Positions 43,514 to 50,095 of a DNA stretch of 51,351 nt are shown piece by piece. The notes below the pieces were generated by a model. It was not told the origin of the DNA. It made no database searches and saw nothing but the letters and a program-made list of their open reading frames with translations. The first letter of the stretch is position 1; every line of letters begins with the position of its first letter. A program made the position numbers and the translations under genes. This DNA is from Pseudomonadales bacterium (GTDB lineage: Bacteria > Pseudomonadota > Gammaproteobacteria > Pseudomonadales > DC-out160): the NCBI GenBank assembly GCA_016765265.1, contig JAESQG010000001.1, positions 1 through 51,351 on the forward strand. Reading direction: 5' to 3'.

Positions 43514-44424
43514 TCCGCCTCCTTCATTTTCTTTGGTATTGCCCGCGTGTGCGGATTGTTTGTTTTCAACACCTGTTCATACACATCGGGGTGACGCATC
43601 TTCAACAGCTTGGAATCAACCGTCTGCTTGCCCTTCACCACTGTCACATTCATCATGTACCCGCCGCCCTGCCCACGACTCGCCTCGCCGACCTGCTGCA
43701 TGAGCAACGACTTGATCGTTGACTGTTCATCCTTCAAGTCTTTGATGATCGCCGTGATCTCGATATGCCGCTTGGCCATCTCGGGGTCGATCTCGGCAAC
43801 CGTGTCGTTCTCGCGCTTCATGGACGCAAAGTATTCCTTGGTCGAATCTGTCATGCCCGAAGCCTCGGGTGCAACATCGGCGACAATATGTTCAATCCAC
43901 CACTTCTCGCAACGGGTCTGAATCGCATGGCACAGATCAATGTCGATGCCGACACAGTAGATGTCGAACTTGCGGTGACTCAAGCGGCACACAATCGCAT
44001 CATCGCTCTCGGCGCAGATGAGTTGGTGCTGCACTTGGAGCATGACCATATCGGGGATCTGATCGGTTCCCGGCTCGCCCCACCCAGCGTCAACCAAGGA
44101 AGATTTGGCCTCAACAATCGGTTGACCTTTGGCAAACTTTCCAACCATCCCATCGACATTGCTTCTGAGAATACCTTTCACAAAGGTCTGTTTAGGCGCA
44201 TACACCTTCTCGCCGAGGGCGTGTTCGACATACTTCAAGATACCGGGTTCCATAAAATCACCCCACATCGTTGCCTCGTTGCCAGTGAACGAATCAACAC
44301 GCCCAGTTTTTTCCAGCCAGAGGTCAAGCGCGGTTCGGTACGGGTTCATTCCAAAGATGCAAGCCACATCGGATGAGCCAATACCCTTCTTACGATCCGC
44401 TGCCTGTTTTTCGGTGATTGCCAT
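43510..44424 (-). CDS. YqaJ/lambda-Exo-like recombination exonuclease
   Basis: GIGSSDVACIFGMNPYRTALDLWLEKTG is a typical YqaJ N-terminus. Sits upstream of, and coupled to, the ERF gene. Confidence 0.75.
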   Translation of the reverse strand: MAITEKQAADRKKGIGSSDVACIFGMNPYRTALDLWLEKTGRVDSFTGNEATMWGDFMEPGILKYVEHALGEKVYAPKQTFVKGILRSNVDGMVGKFAKGQPIVEAKSSLVDAGWGEPGTDQIPDMVMLQVQHQLICAESDDAIVCRLSHRKFDIYCVGIDIDLCHAIQTRCEKWWIEHIVADVAPEASGMTDSTKEYFASMKRENDTVAEIDPEMAKRHIEITAIIKDLKDEQSTIKSLLMQQVGEASRGQGGGYMMNVTVVKGKQTVDSKLLKMRHPDVYEQVLKTNNPHTRAIPKKMKEAE

Positions 44425-44666
44425 TACTCCGTCCCCACATCTTCCTGAAACATATCGAACTGGCAGAGGCTAATGACCGCTTGCCCGCCACCGCTTCCGG
44501 ACCGAATCACTCGCCACTGAGAACAAGATCGCAGATCATCCGACTTGATAACCAGTTCAATCTCCGATTTGGATATAGACACCTTATCGACCTCTCGAAC
44601 CAATATGGATTCAACCCGAACCTTCGGGTCTTTCGCAGGGCTTGACTGTAGAATAATACGATCCAT
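44424..44666 (-). CDS. Small hypothetical protein
   Basis: The start MDRIILQ overlaps the upstream stop (TAATG), as does its own stop. Confidence 0.45.
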   Translation of the reverse strand: MDRIILQSSPAKDPKVRVESILVREVDKVSISKSEIELVIKSDDLRSCSQWRVIRSGSGGGQAVISLCQFDMFQEDVGTE

Positions 44667-44845
44667 TACTTCATCTCCCATCCGCCATCAAGACGGTCTG
44701 ATTGCCACTCGACAAATGCCTGTTCAACATCACGCTTCAACTCTTTCTCGGACAACTTCACCGGGTCGATCCCGAGGGCGGAAAGGTCAAGCACCACACG
44801 ATGCTCGTCCTTGAAGCCGATGGATGTCCAGAACTCAACCTTCAT
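44666..44845 (-). CDS. 59-aa ORF (below the track cutoff), N-terminal paralog of the next gene
   Basis: AGGAGGACGCG precedes the ATG. Reads MKVEFWTSIGFKDEHRVVLDLSALGIDPVKLSEKELKRDVEQAFVEWQSDRLDGGWEMK. Confidence 0.45.
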   Translation of the reverse strand: MKVEFWTSIGFKDEHRVVLDLSALGIDPVKLSEKELKRDVEQAFVEWQSDRLDGGWEMK

Positions 44846-45110
44846 CGCGTCCTCCTTTTGTCATTTTGTTGTGCAAATCAAGATACTTCCACTTTATTAT
44901 TGTGTAGCAAAATGTCAAATCTGCTTCCTTGGCTTCCGAGCGGCCTATTTCTAAAATATGCTGGATTGCAGATTTCATGTACAACAGTTTTTGATCCGAT
45001 TCAGGCAAAAGATCGCCATCTTGAATGACGATTTCAGAAAAACCAAGATCCGCAATGAACCGGCGGCGAACCTCTCTGTTCCGATCAAAGATATAGAACT
45101 CAACCTTCAT
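44835..45110 (-). CDS. Small hypothetical protein
   Basis: The start MKVEFYIF overlaps the upstream stop (ATGA). The first 19 nt of the start region are identical to that of 44666-44845. Confidence 0.45.
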   Translation of the reverse strand: MKVEFYIFDRNREVRRRFIADLGFSEIVIQDGDLLPESDQKLLYMKSAIQHILEIGRSEAKEADLTFCYTIIKWKYLDLHNKMTKGGRDEG

Positions 45111-45385
45111 CGCCACCCTCCCCAACTGTATTCCGAGCGTATCAGATCCCTTGAAACACTGTTTTTCTCAGCATAGTCGCCGGCCACTGCGGAAATGTAT
45201 CTGTAGTTATCAAGGTGTACGCTGAGGCGGTATGTTTCCTCGACATCACCCTCGCCAATATATTTTTCTTCCTGTTTCAGGTGCTTTGTGATCGCATCTC
45301 TAGAGACAGAAATCGACAATTTTATTTCACAAAGTACCTCTTTGGTTTCTTTGTGTATAAGTTTCGCGGTCTCAGCCTTCATCAT
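45107..45385 (-). CDS. Small hypothetical protein
   Basis: Start at MMKAETAK (the track ORF extends to 45511). Confidence 0.4.
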   Translation of the reverse strand: MMKAETAKLIHKETKEVLCEIKLSISVSRDAITKHLKQEEKYIGEGDVEETYRLSVHLDNYRYISAVAGDYAEKNSVSRDLIRSEYSWGGWR

Positions 45386-45680
45386 GCCCCCCAATCGCCT
45401 TGTATCGACGCATCGCACGATCGGCATCGAAGAAACACATATGCGGCATAACGATGACCGCCTTATCGTTCTCCTTGCGAGCCCGAATCGTGCGTGTTTG
45501 CACGGATACAACCGTGGCGACGAACATATGGGGGATGATCCCCGAGGCCGTGGTGCCGGTCGAGTCCACCACCGTCACCGACATGCTGGGTGCGATAGGG
45601 AGGCCGTCGCCGCTCAAAGGGAGTTTCGATAGTGCCTCGGCGTTGTGCCCCTCAACCTTCTGTTTTTGCCCACTCATCAA
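45372..45680 (-). CDS. Hypothetical protein
   Basis: 102-aa ORF in the coupled array. Confidence 0.45.
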   Translation of the reverse strand: MMSGQKQKVEGHNAEALSKLPLSGDGLPIAPSMSVTVVDSTGTTASGIIPHMFVATVVSVQTRTIRARKENDKAVIVMPHMCFFDADRAMRRYKAIGGHDEG

Positions 45681-46014
45681 GATCCCCTTTCTCTGTCACC
45701 CAAGTATCGTGAATCACATCAGCGTCGATGCGATCCAGAAATGATATTGCCAACTTCGCCGCGTCGCGTGGTCCGATAGAACCCAAAGGCAGCCTTGTAT
45801 CGAACAACCACTCATGGAAACGAACGAAGTCTGCCTTGGAAATAAAACGCTCCAAGCGATCCATGTCTCGCCATTGCTTCTTACGCACACGGACAAACAC
45901 GCCAATCGTGTACCGATCCGCCGTCCGGCAAAACGCACGATAATCCTTCGCCACCTCGCGGAACCCGCGATCAAGCACCGTCGAAGTGTCGCCAATCAGA
46001 TCGTTCTCAATCAT
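45652..46014 (-). CDS. Hypothetical protein
   Basis: 120 aa. The start region GGTGAAGGATGATT is the same as at the TyrRS start and overlaps the TyrRS stop. Confidence 0.5.
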   Translation of the reverse strand: MIENDLIGDTSTVLDRGFREVAKDYRAFCRTADRYTIGVFVRVRKKQWRDMDRLERFISKADFVRFHEWLFDTRLPLGSIGPRDAAKLAISFLDRIDADVIHDTWVTEKGDLDEWAKTEG

Positions 46015-47143
46015 CCTTCACCATAACCCTTTCACCCACAACAACAGACACACAGTTCCTCTTACCCCTTTGTAATACACCATTTTTCATGATAATCTCA
46101 TGTATAGAGGAAACGGTATTCCCGTCAATCTTCACGCCGCGACCAGTAATGAGCCTTCTCGCATCCGAACGAGACTGGGCCATTCCACACAAAACAAGAG
46201 CATCAACAACGGTAGATCCGAGAGGCACATCCGTTTTACCATGAGGGATGGCAACTTTCTGCTTGCACACCAAGTCAAACCTCTTCATTGAATCTTTCGC
46301 GGCTTGCCTGCCATGAAGCATCTCAACGACCGCAAGTGCCAGTGCTTGTTTTTTTACAACCTCTAGCCCTGGCGGAGAAGAACACTGGAACAAAAGAGAA
46401 AACCACTCATCCATCAGGCCGTCTGGAATGCTCATTGTTTTTCCAAAAGCGTCGTCGGGCGTGCTGTTCATTGAAATATGGTTTCCAAGCGACTTGCTCA
46501 TCTTGTGGCTTCCGTCTGTTCCAGTAAGTATCGGAAACAGCATAATCGCCTGCTTTTTCATCCCAAGACGACCCATCAAATCCCTTGCAAGTGTACAGTT
46601 TGCCAACTGGTCATTGCCCCCAATCTCAAGGTCGCACCCAAGGCTGATGGAATCCCACGCCTGAAGGACAGGGCACACCATCTCAAGAATGGATATTGAC
46701 CCCCCGGAAGCATGTCTTTTCGAGAAATGATCCCTGCCAAGCATTGAACGAATAGACACACTGCCAAGAAGCTCAAAAAGATCATCCATTGGCGGTCTTA
46801 TGGCCGAGTTCTTTACAAAACCCCACTCCCCCCCATCGCCCATGAATCGACATATCTGGGCCATGATATCAGCCGCATTTCTCGATGTTTCACTAAACGA
46901 AAGCAATGGCCTCGATGTGTCTCGCCCCGACGGATCGCCAATCTGTCCGGTTATGTCACCAATGACAACAGTACCCTTGCAACCACGACGAACCAAAGAA
47001 CGAAATGCTGAAAACGGGACAAGGTGCCCAATGTGCAAATCGCGCCCCGTCGCATCAATGCCGATCTTTACATGCGACCCCAACGGAATGCCATTCGCAA
47101 GGCCGATCGTTTGCGAAGCCGTCTTTTCAAGATCCGTAATCAT
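46007..47143 (-). CDS. tyrS: Tyrosyl-tRNA synthetase (type 2, with a C-terminal S4-like domain)
   Basis: GIDATGRDLHIGHLVP...VIGDITGQIGDPSGRD (HIGH region typical of TyrRS), LQAWD, GGNDQ, HKMSKSLGN (KMSKS), and a C-terminal SRSDARRLITGRGVKIDGNTV (S4-like). Confidence 0.9.
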   Translation of the reverse strand: MITDLEKTASQTIGLANGIPLGSHVKIGIDATGRDLHIGHLVPFSAFRSLVRRGCKGTVVIGDITGQIGDPSGRDTSRPLLSFSETSRNAADIMAQICRFMGDGGEWGFVKNSAIRPPMDDLFELLGSVSIRSMLGRDHFSKRHASGGSISILEMVCPVLQAWDSISLGCDLEIGGNDQLANCTLARDLMGRLGMKKQAIMLFPILTGTDGSHKMSKSLGNHISMNSTPDDAFGKTMSIPDGLMDEWFSLLFQCSSPPGLEVVKKQALALAVVEMLHGRQAAKDSMKRFDLVCKQKVAIPHGKTDVPLGSTVVDALVLCGMAQSRSDARRLITGRGVKIDGNTVSSIHEIIMKNGVLQRGKRNCVSVVVGERVMVKDD

Positions 47144-47192
47144 CCTTCACCCCTTTCGCTACACACTAGCACCCATGCCACAACTTGTCCAC

Positions 47193-47552
47193 TTACTTGA
47201 CGACCTTCTTGCACACAAACTCAATCGAGCCCCGCCCGCGACCATCCTTGGAGAACGCTTGAACACAAACCGAGTACTCGAAGAAGATCGTTCGGTGTCC
47301 AACGCCCCAACTGTTGAGCAGATAAATCGCACGAACCACGCTCAATCCCACCTGCATCTCGGCCAAACAGCAGAAGCGCACGCGGCCACCGTCGGCCAAC
47401 AAGACCGCGATCACCCGCTCCATCTGTTCCTGTCGTTGGCTACTCATCATGCACACAGAATACTCTTGAATAAGAAAGAAGTCAAGTAAGGATGCAACAA
47501 CACCCCCGCCTGCAACGAACGAGGGTGTTGAGTTTTCCAGCCATTCACGCAT
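47193..47552 (-). CDS. Hypothetical protein (start uncertain: 47552 or 47450)
   Basis: This is the 3' part of the 217-aa track ORF; the 5' part of that ORF overlaps the two tRNA genes and was discarded. Confidence 0.35.
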   Translation of the reverse strand: MREWLENSTPSFVAGGGVVASLLDFFLIQEYSVCMMSSQRQEQMERVIAVLLADGGRVRFCCLAEMQVGLSVVRAIYLLNSWGVGHRTIFFEYSVCVQAFSKDGRGRGSIEFVCKKVVK

Positions 47553-47646
47553 CTGGAATGAGGTGCTCCATTGTAGTCGGCACCTGCGATCTCCCTCAAC
47601 CGACGCGGCAGTCAAGAGGCGCGCCCAACGGGGAGAAGTGTTGAAA

Positions 47647-47725
47647 TGCCCCTGTCGGGGATCGAACCCGAGATCGCCCGAATCTCTTTGCAAGACCGGG
47701 AATGTTTCCATTACACCATCGGGGC
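47647..47725 (-). tRNA. tRNA-like gene, 79 nt, non-canonical anticodon arm (anticodon possibly GCA, or CAA in another fold)
   Basis: Sense: GCCCCGAUGGUGUAAUGGAAACAUUCCCGGUCUUGCAAAGAGAUUCGGGCGAUCUCGGGUUCGAUCCCCGACAGGGGCA. The T arm is clear (UCGGG-UUCGAUC-CCCGA), as are the D arm and an acceptor stem with 5 good pairs. The anticodon region is 7 nt too long. Confidence 0.55.
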
Positions 47726-47737
47726 TACCGTCGTAAA

Positions 47738-47810
47738 TAGCGGATATCGGACTCGAACCGATGACCTTCGGGTTATGAGCCCGGCATTCTACCAACTCAA
47801 CTAATCCGCA
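47738..47810 (-). tRNA. tRNA-Met(CAU), initiator-like
   Basis: Sense: UGCGGAUUAGUUGAGUUGGUAGAAUGCCGGGCUCAUAACCCGAAGGUCAUCGGUUCGAGUCCGAUAUCCGCUA. It forms a cloverleaf. The anticodon arm GGGCUCAUAACCC has three G:C pairs, as in bacterial tRNA-fMet. There is a U1-U72 mismatch and no encoded CCA. Confidence 0.85.
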
Positions 47811-47888
47811 ATCATCAAGAAACACGGGTCGCTTCACCGTCACCAAGGCGGGAGAGGCGGAAATCCGTGCGTACTTCGTATCATACCG

Positions 47889-48179
47889 TCAAATGCGAGC
47901 CACAATCGACTCCAAAGAATCAATGTGCCGACAGATATCGGCAAGAACCGAAGTCGCACACGCAAGCGGGTTGCCAGGAACAGCGGAATCACTAGCCGAA
48001 CTGGGTGGCGACGGCGAACACCCAACCAGCGAATCCACCCTCTGAGAAGCATTCAACGATAAATCACACAACCGTCCATTGATCGAGGACAAACCATCGG
48101 CATACGCCGTAATCAGGTTTGTCACCGTTGACGGCAGACAACTATCCCCACCACAAGTGCCACTTGAAATCGTACTCAT
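47889..48179 (-). CDS. Hypothetical protein
   Basis: AAAGGACTGTGAT lies before the ATG at 48179 (MSTISSG). The track ORF extends to 48233. Confidence 0.45.
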   Translation of the reverse strand: MSTISSGTCGGDSCLPSTVTNLITAYADGLSSINGRLCDLSLNASQRVDSLVGCSPSPPSSASDSAVPGNPLACATSVLADICRHIDSLESIVARI

Positions 48180-48216
48180 ATCACAGTCCTTTCTTGGGCA
48201 CAATCGCCCGGTAAAC

Positions 48217-48342
48217 CTAAACCGCATTCCCAAAAAGATAGGTTATCAACACCACAACAGCAAACCAAGCAACGAAAAAACCGCCAATCAAACCCCACAT
48301 CACCACAAGAGCCTCACGGTTAGACATCTCCTTACCCATCAT
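48217..48342 (-). CDS. 41-aa membrane peptide (below the track cutoff)
   Basis: MMGKEMSNREALVVMWGLIGGFFVAWFAVVVLITYLFGNAV. It is the first ORF downstream of the minus-strand promoter candidate. Confidence 0.4.
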   Translation of the reverse strand: MMGKEMSNREALVVMWGLIGGFFVAWFAVVVLITYLFGNAV

Positions 48343-48362
48343 ATCACCAACCTTTCAACCAC

Positions 48363-48391
48363 ACACTACACCAACCAACAACACCTGTCAA
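48363..48391 (-). promoter_or_regulatory. Sigma70-like promoter candidate for the minus-strand early block
   Basis: In minus sense: TTGACA (48391-48386), a 17-nt spacer, then TAGTGT (48368-48363), about 20 nt upstream of the 48342 start. Confidence 0.45.
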
Positions 48392-48591
48392 GAAAGAGGC
48401 GAGAAAAGGGGGAAGGATATCGAGTCCTCAACATTCGCCACACACCATACACCGAAAAATCGTAAATTGTTGGAAAAAGTTGAGAGGGAGGGTTTATTAG
48501 ATAGAGGGCAACCCCCCCCCCTGGGGGTTTGGGGGTCACTTGGTGGTTGGGGATAGGCAACACACGCGGTTCCCTAGTCTCACGCAGGATA

Positions 48592-48603
48592 GCTAGTACT
48601 AGC
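48592..48603. promoter_or_regulatory. Perfect 12-bp palindrome GCTAGTACTAGC in the divergent control region
   Basis: Read directly. It is followed by AAACCGCTCTAA, which resembles a half of the 48751 palindrome. Confidence 0.4.
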
Positions 48604-48750
48604 AAACCGCTCTAAATGCACAGAAACACGGGCAAACACCACGATCGGCAATGGATTGGGGGTGTCGGTCGTGGTGCAGTGGGAGGGCACCGAACCATCG
48701 TGTAGCATTGGCTACAAACGGGGCTCATACGGGCAGATCGTGAAGCAGTT

Positions 48751-48765
48751 TTAGAACCGTTCTAA
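48751..48765. promoter_or_regulatory. Perfect 7-1-7 palindrome TTAGAAC-C-GTTCTAA (operator-like)
   Basis: Read directly; lies about 45 nt upstream of the 48811 ATG. Confidence 0.4.
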
Positions 48766-48810
48766 CCTTCCCTCCCATTCTTCTTGCTTATGTCCCCATA
48801 GATTCTACTT

Positions 48811-49125
48811 ATGCCATCCATAAACGGGGCTTATGAGCTTTGCGCTTACCCCGCCCACAATGTCCGAATGCCCCGCAGCGTGATATCCTCTATCCGCTCC
48901 ACCCGCTCTAGAGCCGCCCTACTCGGCTTGCCGGTCGAATCATGGTCTACGGTTATGCAGGCCCATGCCAGGGCTCTAGACGAGCGTGTACGGGCCGAGT
49001 GTGTACGGCGTGGCATTGACTATGACCAACTGTGCAAGCGTTGTGTGTTGGATGAGCCTGTACCTGTTGAGCCAAAGCCTAAGCCTCTGCATAACCAGAG
49101 TCATCGTATCGGTCCCAATGGGTAG
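48811..49125 (+). CDS. Hypothetical protein (first plus-strand gene after the control region)
   Basis: 104-aa ORF with no obvious SD; the start is uncertain. Confidence 0.4.
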   Translation: MPSINGAYELCAYPAHNVRMPRSVISSIRSTRSRAALLGLPVESWSTVMQAHARALDERVRAECVRRGIDYDQLCKRCVLDEPVPVEPKPKPLHNQSHRIGPNG

Positions 49126-49193
49126 TCTGTATAGGGCATATTGAGCCGGAGACTGTCGAGGAGGATAACCAAACTACGATATTTGCCTAAACT

Positions 49194-49227
49194 CGTGTAA
49201 AAACTTTACAGATTTATCCGCCCTGAT
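49194..49227 (+). promoter_or_regulatory. Copy B of the three-copy motif
   Basis: cgtgtaaaaactttacagatttatccgccctgat. The first 18 nt are identical to copy A. Lies about 135 nt upstream of the 49364 ATG. Confidence 0.5.
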
Positions 49228-49363
49228 TGCCCAGTATCGTCGATTTGTCCACAATATAACAATAATCAACGGAACAGCCCTTGATCCACCCGACAAGTAG
49301 TGTACGCTCTCATTATCACAAACCCAAACCGGGCATAAGCCCAAAACCATAGAGGACCTGACA

Positions 49364-49552
49364 ATGAACAACGAAACAATCACCGCCGCATACATGGTAA
49401 TCATGGAATCCGACACTTTCCGAATCGGCGGACCCGAGATCGACTTACCCCAAGCATTGATTGACCTATCCGATTCCGTTATGGACGCGGACACTGATTC
49501 GTCTACATGGTCAATCGGTGAAGGGTTAGAATGCTACCTTGATTGCTTGTAG
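49364..49552 (+). CDS. Small acidic hypothetical protein (possibly the 5' half of a split gene)
   Basis: AGAGGACCTGACA precedes the ATG. 62 aa, ends in TAG. Confidence 0.5.
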   Translation: MNNETITAAYMVIMESDTFRIGGPEIDLPQALIDLSDSVMDADTDSSTWSIGEGLECYLDCL

Positions 49553-49749
49553 GCGCGTACTGGTCATTGAACGAATGGCACGCCGGGCAGTACTCGACCG
49601 AATACGCCGCATTGTCGGCAATCGGGCAGGTATTCCAGCCCGGTATGACATCAGGCCCCGAGCCTGATTCCTGCGAATACACAGCGTACGAAATGATCGG
49701 CGAGTATTTCAAGAAGAAGAATCAAGCCCAAACCCAAAACAGCCGATAG
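49543..49749 (+). CDS. Hypothetical ORF in the -1 frame, TTG start (possibly the 3' half of a split gene)
   Basis: Overlaps the previous ORF by 10 nt. Reads AYWSLNEWHAGQYSTEYAALSAIGQ. No ATG or SD of its own. Confidence 0.35.
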   Translation: MLVGAYWSLNEWHAGQYSTEYAALSAIGQVFQPGMTSGPEPDSCEYTAYEMIGEYFKKKNQAQTQNSR

Positions 49750-49824
49750 GGAAACCATGACCCGCCAAATACTCACACTCGCATTCTGGGCATTCCTCGC
49801 CCTCTGCTAAAAAGGATCTGGACC

Positions 49825-50001
49825 ATGATCGACCACCCCCCCGCCCTATTTACCGAACAAGCCGCCCGCGACCTCGCCGCCAAGCTCAACGCCGACCCCG
49901 CCGACGATTGGCACTACGCCCCAAAGCCACCACCAGGCGGGCGCGGATTGTGGATTCTGGCAATCTTTGACGAATCGCGGGATTTTGTCGGCTATATGTG
50001 A
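49825..50001 (+). CDS. 58-aa hypothetical protein (below the track cutoff)
   Basis: AAAAGGATCTGGACC precedes the ATG. Reads MIDHPPALFTEQAARDLAAKLNADPADDWHYAPKPPPGGRGLWILAIFDESRDFVGYM. Confidence 0.45.
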   Translation: MIDHPPALFTEQAARDLAAKLNADPADDWHYAPKPPPGGRGLWILAIFDESRDFVGYM

Positions 50002-50095
50002 TACAATGAACCGTCAAGCCGCCGACCTCTGAAACGGGATCGGCGACATTCTGAAACCAAACCGCCCGAAAACCGGGCAGAAATGAGGATCTGAT

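Noticed and set aside
47553-47846. The 5' two-fifths of the 217-aa minus-strand track ORF
   Set aside because: It runs straight through both tRNA genes (47647-47725 and 47738-47810). Only the 3' part downstream of the tRNAs is kept, as a possible CDS.
48784-48813. Plus-strand promoter TTGCTT-16-TACTTA
   Set aside because: The -10 element overlaps the annotated ATG at 48811, so the transcript would start inside the ORF. Either the start codon or the promoter call is wrong, and the sequence alone cannot decide which.
49174-49494. Minus-strand 106-aa ORF
   Set aside because: It lies in a plus-strand block, overlaps motif copy B and the SD-led plus-strand gene at 49364, and has no start context.
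49530-49560. Programmed -1 ribosomal frameshift joining 49364-49552 and 49543-49749
   Set aside because: The -1 frame is closed by TGA until 49543, which leaves a 10-nt window with no slippery heptamer. An indel or mutation is the simpler explanation.
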